From Rhina ancylostomus (taxonomy: Eukaryota): a stretch of DNA of 64,000 bases. The notes beneath the pieces are model-generated. The model ran no database searches. It had not been told where the DNA came from and saw only the letters and a list, made by a program, of their open reading frames with translations. Made by a program: the position numbers and the translations under genes. This document shows, in pieces, positions 10,186-22,436 of the stretch. The stretch covers positions 86,162,833 through 86,226,832 of the forward strand of contig JARFYF010000104.1 of the NCBI GenBank assembly GCA_030265395.1, written 5' to 3'. How positions within the stretch are numbered: the stretch's first letter is position 1; each line of letters starts with the position of its first letter.

Positions 10186-13100
10186 TCTTACTAAATGTGG
10201 CTTGATGAAAAGTGGGAACAGCTTTCTTGTCCACTCCTCCCTGTTTCTGAATCCATTGTGGCAGTCCGTCTTTCCTTGGGACCCATGATGGCCTGTCAGC
10301 ACTCCTTTTCGGGCTATGTAGTAATTAAATACTTGTCAATGGAGAATTTTCCATAATACTTAAAACAGAAAAGACAGGGGTCTGCTGTGAGCAATGACTG
10401 TCAGGGGAACAATGAAAACTAATTACACACAGGGCTGTCACTTGTTAAACTTGTCATTTGGGGGGGAAGAAACAAGACAAAGTATGTGTTTTACCAATGA
10501 CTGTTTATGATGAGGAGATCTGCAATAAAGGAAGTGTTATTGCCTATTTGTGAAAAGTACTCTATCTCTAAATCTCTTCCATGTGCAGATTTGTTTCCCA
10601 GCTCCTTCCTGCCTGCCCCCCTTCCCTGGTCTTGAGTTTGGTTACTCCTCATTTATTTGTTCATTGTCTGTGGTGTCTTGTTCAGAGGTACTGTGGATGG
10701 TTCCTGGGAGTTCACACAGGAACTGCACATAAGTAGGAAGTGTGCAGAGCAACCTTTGCATTATTGGTAAAGTAGTGATCCCAGAGAAAATTAAGAGCAG
10801 GTAGTTTAAAACCTGGGGCAATGTATGAAAATTCCATGACTCTTCCAGTTTGTTAGTTTTGTATTAAACTTAAATGCAATGCTCTTGATTTAGTTTGGCA
10901 GCCATACAACAAATATATATTGTTCCTTGAGGAGTAAGGTATTTTAAGGCACTGGATAGCAAAAATGGAAGCAATCATCAGTTTGAAAGTGTCATATGTT
11001 GATTTCAGCAAGGTGAGTTTATACTTGACTAATTCACCAAAGTCTTAATACATTTCTGCCAAACAATTGTTGGTCCCTTACATAAAATTCTGAGTATAGT
11101 TCACTTCATGAAACTTTGAAATCCTTTAACTAATGGGTGATGCATTCCCTCTTTCCATGCAAACAGGTGCCTCCTCATATATAACCGAGAGAAGCACAAT
11201 AAGCATGCTATGTGTTGTGAAGGAGACTGGTGATTGCAAAAAGCTCAGCCGCTTAGTTCCACATCTCCACAGGTTGAGTCCCAGAGGAGAGTGGAGGGTT
11301 TCTTTCTGATGACACAAGGAAAGGACAAAGAAATGAATGGGTTGAACTCATCAATGAGGGGAGAGGGGACTGTAGTGGGTTATAAATGAAGGTTTTACTC
11401 ATTTAATTTGCAGTGAAACAAATATTTAAAATACATTCGTGTAACTAGATCAAAAAAAATTGAGAATTTTAGTTGAGTAAATAATTTTTTAAGAAGTATG
11501 TGATCTGTGTGAAAGAAGGATGGAGCTACTGTTATTACTTTCAGCTATATTATTTTGACATCACAGTCTTATAGTAGTTGCTCAGATTGACCCACACACT
11601 TGTAACTTGGAACTGGAGTACAATCCTAACTGGAGTAATAATAAAGCTTGAATTATTGAGTTTTAACAATAAAATTGAGAAAACAACTCTTTTTATTGTT
11701 TTATACTGGTAAGTGTGTGTAGACAATAAATTTACAGTGCCAGTTGTTCATTTTCCTTTAAGAATTCAGCTTTCAAAATGGAGATGTTGTACTTAGACAA
11801 TTGACCAATTTCATTTATTTGCGGCTCCTTAATAGAGTAAGATAGTCCAAGATGTGACTTGCTGGAATAGTAAAAATGCAGGAAGTTACAGACAACTTTA
11901 AATGAACAGATATTATTGTTGCCATTATCAATCTAGTTGCAATCTACTATATAATATGGAAGTTGATATGTTTGCAAATTTTCTTTTTAATTATAAAAGC
12001 ACTTAATCTTGCCAGACAATGAATACAATTGAAAATGCAACCCAAACTGAATGATTCTTGAAAGCTCTAACATTAGCCTAAGAGTGGTGTTTCCTTATGG
12101 TGTGTGAATTTATCATAATGAATATTATGTTTGTTGTGTTTCATTTTAAGAACGGACTTGGTAGTATGTACAAGTATAATTGAAGAGGTCATAACTTTAT
12201 CCTAACAGGATATCAGAGAATGAACTAACACTGTACCTTGTTAGATCAAGATTAGATAGTAAAGGTTTAAAAATAAGGTCAACACAGCCATTCTATCAGA
12301 AAACAGTATGTTGTTCCATTCTCGGAGAATTGTGAGAAGGAAAGAAAATCTAAAGGCGACAAAGAAATTTTGTGAAAAGGGAACTCAGTTTACAAATCTT
12401 TGCATGTAATGAGGGCACAGAATTCCTATACATATCGTGCTTGTTCATATTCAGTGTAGCTGTCACAAAGCCGTTTGAGAGCATTGCGAACAAAGTGAAA
12501 CGTTCATTCAGGTGTGTGAAAGTAAGGTAGATTTGTCTTCATGAGATGAGTCAAACCGTTCAAAATAAACTTGTGCCTTCTTCAATTGACAGTCACTTTA
12601 CTGGCAGCAACATCTAGTTGCTGATACTGATGGTAAGGTATTTGTCACCACAAGCAGCACTTCACAGGAATTTTACAGATGAATGGGACTATTTGGCCCA
12701 CCTTAGATATTAAAAGTTGTGCTATTTACAAGAACTTAAAATCTATGGCAATTCAAATCGGGGGACATGGAAAATGGGATCTCTGTTTACAGTTATGAAT
12801 TTTAATCTAATATAAATAGGTTTAGATTTTTCCCTGATGAACATCAATTCACAAAACATAGTGAAAAAACAATTTTTCTGTATGAACTCCCCTTTGGTTG
12901 GAATTATATGCACAATGCTCATGAAATAATTTTATTTAATCTGGATATTTGAGCTTCTGTTGAATGGGAATGGCCATAGTTTGATTGGTTGCCCAGAAAT
13001 CAGGGCTTTAGTAGTGGTGATGATATGTGGGGAGCTCGTAAGGAGATCAAGGAGAGGAGATACGTTAATGAACATTAAAGGAACCTGCTCAGATTAGGTT

Positions 13101-15199
13101 CCTAAATCTGGCCTCAGTCCTTCACGGGGATGATCCTGGCTGACGCAGTGTTATTCCAGGAATGATCAGTGACGGGTGCACCTTTGATCAATGTCACCTA
13201 ATTTTCTGGGCAGCCCTCCAGTCTGATAAACTTCATCCTACGAGTGACTGATGTGGAATTTGTGTCATTGCCGAAAGGGTGAATTGCCATTAGAAATAAT
13301 TAAATGAATTTACAGAATGGCGTTATTTGTCTTGGAAATGGTTGCAGTTGTGTACCTCTCTGGATTTCCAGATACAAAGCGCTGCCAAAATAGGGCAATT
13401 CGTCTGAATTTCTAGGCCATCATCATTTTTCCCTTTAATCATGACAGTTGTTTTAATTTTGTATTATAGTTTAGAAACATTTTTATCAGTATTATTAATG
13501 CATTAACACTTTCTCTTTACAAATGGCCCAGTGGATTTCAATTGTTGTATGAATATAAAATTCATTAGATGTTTTTGTCCTTTGATACTAGATTTGCCCC
13601 CCCTTTTGTCAATGTGGTTTAAAAATATCAATTTGTTATAGCACCTGTCATTATACTCCAGCAGATTTATTGGAGAAAGCAGAGAAAATTACTTTAGTTT
13701 ATAGTGCAAGATTCACATGCATGATTAGTTCCTGACTTGTCAGCAAATGGAGTTAGTGGTATTTCTAAACTGGACTTTTTTCCTAGTGCTCCTTTGATTG
13801 TATAGATAGATTTTCTATTCTTGCAGCTGATGATGGAAGGACGACAGCAGTATTTCAGCATGTTGTCTTCTGAGGTAGTTTTTCTTTTACATTATGTTGG
13901 TTTAATGTTTTTTGTTTTTTTTAATGTTGTTTCCCTGATATTTCTGGAAGTCCAGGCCCTGACTTGGCTCCCTGCTGCTGTTCCACATGGCGGGAGCTAT
14001 AAAATGGTACCATCAGACCCTGGTAAATATTGACTGTGTCTCAGAGATTTGACCACTGCGAAAGCAGGAATCACTGAATTAAAAGCTGCTATTGTTCTGC
14101 CGTGGGGCTGTGCTCTCTTACTGATACCAGAGCATGTGTGTTTTTAAAAACTAAAAATTGGCATAAGAAGGATACAGGACAAGGCAGTGAGGGTGGGAAT
14201 TAAAAAAGGCAACACATTGGAACCTGTAAGAACTTAATTTGAAGGAAAGTAAAACCCAGAAAGGCATGAACATATGTTGAATTAAAGAACCTTCCACAAA
14301 GTGAAAAGCACCACCCTCGTAGAGAAACGGGATTTATAAAAGGAGCGAGCTAATTGACTCACTTAACATTTGCCCTTTTTGTGTTATTGGCCAGGATTTA
14401 AGCACATGGTATATTCAGTCTGGATAGAAAGATTTGGCTAAAATTAAAATATCAAGTTAGTTTTCATTAGCAGAAATGGAACTCCGTGCAGAATATTTTT
14501 ATGATGCACCTTTTACCCATTTACTTCAGAAATATGAATTATATTGTTTGTGCTTTTCCATCTAATTGAAGTTGGATGCACTGAAAATTGTTTTACCTAA
14601 TTTTTGAAGGTGTCTGGTGAGCAGATTTAAGTGTAAATAAAGCATTCAATCAGGATGCCACAGTAAGCGACCGATTCCGCTGTTGATTCTGCGTGGAATT
14701 ACTGAGCCTGCTAGATACCAGTTTAATAATGTCCTTCCAATATTGTGGAAATCGTTGCAGTATATTAGTGTTTGGTAGGCATATAAGTATAAGCTGCTTC
14801 AGTTAAATGCAGTTCTAATGAAGCTGAATATGGTGGACCTCATGAGAGTTTGTACTCAAGAGCTAGTTGAACAGATACTGCAATGAAAAGATGCAATAAA
14901 AACAAGGGCCTGTTGGATTGGAGCTGGTTAGTCTCATTTACTAAACAGATCTATTGGATAATAATTTAAGTGAGTGTGAACAAGCATGTGGCAAGTAACT
15001 TAAGAGCTATTAAGTTATCTTTCAGCTTTGAATAAGCTAGGTGGTGTGCATTTATTTAAAAGTTGCAAAGATAATTTCCTGCAAATTGTACGTTCAATGT
15101 TGGTACATGAAAACATTGACAGTGTTATATTTGGTGCAATGTTGAGATGAGGCATATAGAATTCCAAAGGAAATGGTGGTTTGATGTGCCATGAGGACA

Positions 15200-16211
15200 T
15201 TTACACAGTGGGCCGTAGTCTTTCCTTTTGGCATCTCTATTTTAAAAAAAAATAAGTGTTTTAACCAAAAATAACAAAGGTGAGGGAAGAAAAGGCTATA
15301 GAGATAAGTGTTTTGTAAGCTTTTGAAATTCTACTTTATCTGTTTGGTAGTTTCGTGCAGGTAAGGTAAGGCAGTATCAGGCTAGTCAGTGTTAATGCCA
15401 CTACATGAAGCTAAGTAATGATAATAAAAAAATTTTCTCCTATCTCATGAAAGCATGGAGGCATAATACTGCTTTTGTTATAGTATTATAAACAGATCCT
15501 CTTCAACTTCTGCTCAATATATTTGGTTCAGGACAAATATATTCAGTGTTACTGAACTATGTAGAATTTCTCATAGCTGAGGTTTTAACCACAGTTCAAA
15601 ATATTGTTGACATGTGGCTGTTCAAAGCTGATTTTGTCCTGGCTTGTTGACTAATCTTTAGACTGTTTGCTATGCTGTAATTACTTTGTTTTTGAATGTT
15701 TGTTCAAGCTTTCTTAAGCTTACCTTGCTTAACTTGCTTGCTGTAATTTTTTTTGACTTGATGTGATTTGCTTCCAGTACAATTTTTCAATTTCCTCTAG
15801 AAATCATGCATTTTTAGTGGTACTGGTAAAATTTCTGTTATGAACATAATAAAAATTGCTTTCAGTGCCAACATTGCAATGGTCACAGCTCCTGTGAAAT
15901 TTTGTCTTTTATTTTTGCAAAGCTTCAAGAATACTGTCCCATATGCATTTTCTCTTGCTGACTTCCTCAGGATTCAAAATTCATTGCATAGTTCCTTGCA
16001 CAAACCTATTCTTGTTCTGGATTTTGAAACCGCTGTGCCTTTTGACTCACTAATCCTCTTCCATCAGGTCCTTTAAAACCTGAACTTGTTGTTGCGTAAT
16101 CCCAGTTTCCCGATTCATCCTGTCTTCCGATTTTATTTGCTTTCAGTGGTTGTTTTACACCATGGGCCGTAGTCTTTCCTGTTGTTTTCTCTCTTTTGGA
16201 AAAAAAATAAG
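15200..16211 (+). repeat. Pair of ~57-bp diverged direct repeats (15200-15256 and 16154-16211)
   Basis: Both read TTTACAC..TGGGCCGTAGTCTTTCCT..TCTCT.TTTT..AAAAAAAATAAG, with an exact 18-bp core at 15209-15226 and 16163-16180. Confidence 0.8.
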
Positions 16212-16789
16212 GGAATTGCTGTTTTGTTCATTAAAAGGAATATGTTTACGAATATAGCTTAAGACTATTTTTTCTAGAGGAGTATACTGATCACTGAATG
16301 CTGGTGTCAATTGGCTCTTTATTTTTATGTATTTGCAAATATTGAGCTAGCAGTAGAATTGCCAATTGTACCAAAGGATAAATAGGTTTATTTTGACACC
16401 TCTGTGACACCCCTGTTACAACATTAGCTAACATGATTTAAAGTTTACATGTTTGAAATAAATAGGTCACATCAAATTTTGATTGATCTCGGATATTTTA
16501 CTTCGTAAGACCCAAAGCCTCAATCATGCTACAACTGCAGATTTGCATTTGATGTGAATTGCAACAAACAGACGAGTGTGAAGGTTGTAGAGGGATTTGC
16601 GCTAATCATGGTTAGAAATATAAACTGTACCTTCTGAGTTTGGAAATTCTCAAGCAGGCATCAACCAATGGCACCCACCTTGATTTTGTTTCAACAGAGA
16701 TAGCTTAATATTTCTCAAAAATAATTCAGCACAATTGCAGTTATTCAGCTGTGAAAGCTATTGCAGTCTAAATTCCCCAGTGCATTTTC

Positions 16790-17040
16790 TGGGTAGCTGC
16801 ACAGCATGGTGGAATCTCAGGCTCAGTCGCCAGTTTGCAGCTAATTTGCTGAGCTTGTGTCAGAATCATTGAAATCTAGTGGGGTAGGGCCTATTTGGTA
16901 GGGGTGAGTCAAAATAAGCTTTGGGGTTCCGGTCTCCATCCACCTCCAAAATGGACACAGGGACAGGTACTCAGCTCACCACAGTAAGACTGTGGAAAAG
17001 AATCATGTAGAAGTATTCTGCTTGGCTCATCCAGAAATGC
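16790..17040 (+). mobile_element. Highly decayed SINE-like remnant (possibly the same family as 60970-61130)
   Basis: Loose similarity (GCTAATTTGCTGAGCT, GGGGTTCCGGTCTCC, GGGACAGG) to a recalled chondrichthyan tRNA-type SINE. Confidence 0.3.
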
Positions 17041-19534
17041 GGCAGGAATCTGCGAGGGATGTTGGTGCTGGGCGCGGGAGAGGGAAATGTTATGCAATTT
17101 GCCGTGTGAACAACAGGCTGACGTTTGCTGATTTGATTCTGGTTGTTAAAGAAGCGGTGGATTTCAGTGAAAAAAAATGGCTTGTTTTTAATGGCCAGTT
17201 GACCTGAGCTGTAAACTGAAAAGCCATTGCGGAACCTTTATTGGTCTGTGCGCATAAATGGCTGTAAGATTGCAAAGGTGCTGAAAGTGTTGCAGTTACC
17301 GTTCATTTACTCCATTGTGGAAAAAAAAGGGTTCGTAGGTGGAGGACTGCATGTTCTTGATGTTAATTTATTACAGGAGAACAAAATCCTTCCCCCTATC
17401 TTAATCTCAATGCCCTACTACAGTGAGAAAGATAATTTTAAAATCTCAACCTCCCCATAGTGCAAATTAGAAGGTGCCAAGACAATCTTATATACAGCAC
17501 CCTGAATGTCATAATTTGGTCCAGAACTTTAATCTTTAAATTGGCACCTCGTGCGATGTGTCAAACGTCAGTGCCACTATTTACATTGAAAACAGTCATA
17601 ACTGCTATGGAATTGTAAAATATAATAGAGTTACATGTTTTAGTGCAGAAATACTTTATTAATAGGGCTTCAAATTCAGGTGTATAAATGCATATTCTCT
17701 TGTCTTGCACTGAAATTTGCAGGTTCATTCACAAATTGGAGAGATATTGCAGAGATCTGTGACCCTTGACTTTTCTATGACTGCACTCTTATTGCAGGTT
17801 TTCAGCAGCCAGTATATGTCACAATATAAATCATTCTAGATATTGAGGTTAGGCACCCGTTTTCCCACCTCTTTCTTGGCTTGTGCAGGGTATTTCTCAG
17901 GACTGTGCTACATCTCCAGCAGTTCGAGGTGCACACAAATGATGTATCTTGCCCACTTTTAATCCTTGCATCATTTTAGTCTAACTTCCCCAAGTTTAAA
18001 AAATCTCATGTCTCACAGGAGAAAATTATCAGCAGAGTTTCTGTTTAAGTAGCTGTGGAAGTTATTGATGTAGTGCGTATTATTATAATTCAAAGTAGAA
18101 AATATTATGGAGGAAGAATTTGTCATCTGTAGTATATACGAAATACATTATGAAATAACAGATGCATGTTGAACTTTGACTTCAGTAGAATCAGATTTCA
18201 GGAGCTGAGTTCAATAAACCTATATATATTGCACAACAGTGGGTGAATTTCTATTGCAATGAATTGCAACCTCTTATTCAGAGATTTTTTTTCTCTCTCT
18301 TTTAGTTTGTATGGCAAATTAAATTGATTGCACAAAGAACTCGATTTGACCAACTCCAATTCATTTGGTTGCAAATTTACAATCCCAAGTAGAGCAATGA
18401 AGGATTTAGAAAGGCACCTTATCATTGTCCTGAGCACAAAACCCTTCCGTTAAGATCTTTCAGCTAACTTCTTCACTTAAATATCCAGGGGGCAAACTGG
18501 CCATTCTTATTAATCGGCTTAAAACTAATGAGATGAATGGATCTTAAGCAGGACCTCAAACTGTCTCAAGGCCTCCACATCAGCAGTTTTGAAGAGATTG
18601 TGAGGGAAGGAGGCCAGTTTATGTGTATGTAGAGGGGGGTGGGAAAAGTGGATCAGACTTCAGAGAAAAGCTAGCTCTTGTTTTTCTAAGATGTCAACAC
18701 ATTCTCAGGTTTACCTCGGGTATTAGGCTGCCCCCTCCCTGTTCAATCATGTGCTGACGAGGCTTGAGAAACAATGAAAGAAGGAATTAGTTTGCTTTTT
18801 TTTGGGTGGAAAATGCCATGGGAAAGGCAGGAAAGACTGAGCTGGTTACCGGGGACTTAGCCATTGACTTGCTGTCAGTAAAGTCTATTTGAATAACCTA
18901 CCCCTTTAGCCTTCATTTTTCCCCTTTGTCCACTCCAGTTCATAAATGGTAGCAGCTGGAGATTTTATTCATGTAAGCGGCTGCTTAATATCCATGAAGA
19001 TCTCTAACTGGGTCAGAAGTGCAATAGGATTTTATTTTTTTGTGGGGTTTTTCTTTGCCCCACATCTAGTAAAGGCCAAAGCTCCAAATGTTCCTTTTCA
19101 ATCCAAAACTACTCACCTTTTGTGTGCTCTGTGCTTTGTCTTTATCACGTTCTTTTATTAACAGACAGACGATACAAACCACATTTTCTTCACAGAAGCT
19201 TGAAAAGTCCTTGAGCCCTCAGAGGATTAATAAGCTGGAGTGCTTGAAGTACTTGTTCTGGTGCTGTGTGAGTAGCTGGACTTAGTGCTGTAGAGGTGAT
19301 GGCAGCTGAAAGTCAGAACCATTTCAACCTACCATATGCTTATGGGTTGAACTAGTCACAGTCTTCAGCAGTTAAAGAAAGCAATTCACCCTGTGGAGAT
19401 AGGGCATTTAAAGATTATTGCTTGGCAGTATGTAGAGGTAGGATTTATAAGATTTATGAGGCACACTTCTATACTGTTTAGTTATAGTGGGCATATATTG
19501 TATTTTCTCAATATGTTGATGCATCCCGTTTTAG

Positions 19535-19880
19535 ATCTTAACATTATATTGTGTAGGTGTGGGCCTGATAAATTGCAACATCAAATTGTGAAAATACGCA
19601 GGTGATACATCAGAAGAACACGTTGTGTAGGTGTATCTGAGATGGATCATAACATTGTATAGGTATGGTTACAATGAACCATTGCGGCATACTGTGTAGA
19701 TTACAGCATAACACTGTGTAGCTGCACCAGTGAACGATTATAATTTGACAATGCACAGGTGCATCAGTGATTGACTGTAAATTTACACTCTGTGACTGTA
19801 ACATCAGTGAAGGATCATAATATCACCCTGTGTAGATACACTAGTGATAGAACAGAACACCCCACAGTGTAAGTGATGGA
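19535..19880 (+). repeat. Degenerate ~37-bp minisatellite (~9 units)
   Basis: Recurring NAGTGA (19728, 19765, 19805, 19842, 19871), GATCATAA and TGTGTAG (19550, 19624, 19715, 19829), mostly spaced at or near multiples of 37. Confidence 0.65.
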
Positions 19881-19911
19881 TCTTTTGGCATAATACGTAG
19901 ACGGCATAAGA

Positions 19912-20350
19912 AAGGAAGAACTTGCATTTCAATCGCACCTTTCCCAACCTTGGGATGTCCCAAAGTGTATCAGTAAATACTTATTAATTATAATGCGATG
20001 ATGAATGTTGTAGGGAAATACCGACTTGTGTACAAGAAGGCTCTACAAATAGCAGTGAGATAAATGACCAGCTTATCTGGTTTTTGATGGGGAGGATTAA
20101 AAATTGAACAGAGCACCAGGAGAGCTCCCACTACCACACTTAAAAAAAAATGCTACACATCCCTTTACAGTGACCTACAAGGGCAGGAGTGACCTTGATT
20201 AACTTAAGGTCACATCTGAAGATTAGAATTTCCAACAATGCAGCGTTCATCAGAACTGCAATGAATGGTCAACCTGGATATTGTGCTCAAGCCTCTGGAG
20301 TGGATCACGCAACCTTCTGTCACAAAATAAGGAGTGCCACTGTTGAGTTG
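19912..20350 (-). mobile_element. Deu-domain SINE (SacSINE1-like)
   Basis: The reverse strand shows a tRNA-like head, CCACTCCAGAGGCTTGAGCAC, a Deu-type core (CTCTCCTGGTGCTCTG..CAGATAAGCTGGTCATTTATC) and the tail CTTTGGGACATCC..GAAAGGTGCGATTGAAATGCAAGT. Confidence 0.7.
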
Positions 20351-22047
20351 GGCTGATGATAGCGATGGTTTGTATTGTCAGAGTGTATGGGTATTGCAGT
20401 AATAGTTTGTATTATTGAATTGCAATTGCATTTTGGTTTTTACCTGCAATCTCATCAATGCAAAACAGTTTCAGAATTGCACTGATGCAAAGATGGCCAC
20501 TTAATTAATAATTCTGATTTACAGTTTGAGCCCAAGCTCACTTAAGTCAGTATACCTCAGAACAGTTCTTCATTAGGAAGCGTTAACACCAACCAACTGC
20601 ACTTGAGTTTAAAAATGGCTGATGAGTTCACTGTGTGCCCTGGGTCCAGAGAGAATTTATGTTTGAATTAAATTAATTTTGAAGAAGAGTTCTTGCTCAT
20701 GTTTACCATCTTTATTGTTGAGGTTGTTACAAAATGCAACTAATAGTGTAATCCATGCCCCTTTATACTGCAAAGATTGTTCTTATACTACACCTCAGTT
20801 GATTTAAATAATGCAAATGATAACATAGTGTTTCTCAGAAACTTCAGGTTACCAGTAAAAAGGTTGCCAGCTGTTTGTAAAATTGAATGAATTGGTTATG
20901 AATTATTTTAAAGCACTTCAGGATGAGCTGTGTAGTTCACTGTTCTGTCTAGAATGAACAATTTACTTGATTTTGTTAAATCTCAAAGTTGATTCCTAAT
21001 CTGTTAGCAACTTTAGTTCATATTTCTTTTAACAGAAATTTGAACTCCTCTAGTACTGTGGCATGTCTGTAACATGCAAACAGCAGCAGGGCGGACACCA
21101 TGGACTGCTTTTGGAAAAGAAATATTCAGTGGAAATCCACCCAATGGAAAGTCTGATTTGAGGATTTATCTTCAATTTCACCTGATTAACAACTGAAATA
21201 AATTCCCTAGAAGGCATACTATGAAAAAATCTGATTTTTCTCCTGATAACTCCATATTGGCAGTAAATGTCAACCATGCAGAATATACATTTTCATTCAT
21301 TTTGCTTTGAGGATGTTCAACATGGCTTTCAGAATATGTATATAGTTTACTGATCAGTAATCATTTTTGGCAAAGACTAATCTAAAACTTGAAAAAAATC
21401 AGCACCAGAACTGAGCCCAAAAAAAGAAAATGGAAAACAGAAGTAACAATTTTGCAGAACCTTTTGCTCATTTCTACATTTAAAGTTGTGCTTATACATA
21501 TAAGAAAATCTTGTCCTAACCAAGCCAATCAAAATGAACACATTGATATTAATTTAGATGCAAGTAGTTATTTGCTGTTAATTTAAAGAACATTTATTTA
21601 AAACAACATTTGTTAGAAATATATAATAATAATTAGTATCTAGGAAAGTAGTAGTTGGATACATTTGTGCAGTGATTTACAGATTTATATAATGATTTTT
21701 CCTGATTGAATTAGTCATTGGACTATGGAAGTAATGTTCTGCGGACATGATTATGCAATGGCCATATATGAATAATAAACCATACACCTGTCTGCCGACT
21801 GCCCCAGTCTTCAATGAACAGAGCATTTGTTTAATTGCCAACAAAGCCTCCATCCAAAACAGTCTGGAGCTGGATTTCCTTTTTGTGTATTTGTAAATGT
21901 TAGGTGGAAATTTATAGAATGCAGATTCTAGGTTATCCTTCACTGACCTGTTTATAAAGTTTGCGGTCATTTCAATTTAGGTAAAGGCCTAAGAGAATAT
22001 TATTTATTTCTGGCTTCTTCAAAGCCTAAAGCCGTAAATATTTCAAT

Positions 22048-22436
22048 GTCAGCTGTGACTCAGTTGGTAGCACTGATGCCTCTGAGTCTATTTTCAAGTC
22101 AGTTCCAAAAACCTGTATATAAAATCTAATTTCATTGCAGTAATGAGGTTCTGTATTTAGGGTGAGGCAATAAATTGAGGGCCTGATTACTTTTTCAGTT
22201 GGATGTTAAAGATCTCAGGTCTTGCCTTTATGGAAGAAAAGGGGAGTTTTCCCTGATATCTTTGCCAGTGATTATTCCTTATTCAGCATTGCTCAATTGA
22301 TTATCAGGTTTCATCATGTTGGTGTTTGTGGAAGCCAGCTACCTTACAGCAGTGGCTACACTTTAAAAGTACTTCATTAGCTCTAAAAAATATCTGGGAA
22401 TGTGAAAGGTGCTATATCAAAAATACAAGTATTTCT
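22048..22436 (+). mobile_element. Deu-domain SINE (SacSINE1-like)
   Basis: Head GCTGTGACTCAGTTGGTAGCACT..GCCTCTGAGTC, core GGATGTTAAAGATC..GAAGAAAAGGGGAGTTTTCCCTG, tail CAGTGGCTACACTTTAAAAGTACTTCATT..GTGAAAGGTGCTATAT..TACAAGT. Confidence 0.75.

Noticed and set aside
11298-11335. TTTCTTT-CTGATGA-CACAAG-GAAA-GGAC-AAAGAAA hammerhead-like arrangement
   Set aside because: Helix II is a single pair, and helix III and the UH cleavage site are missing.
19535-19880. CRISPR-like periodicity
   Set aside because: Vertebrate DNA, no constant repeat with unique spacers, and no cas genes; it is a decayed minisatellite.
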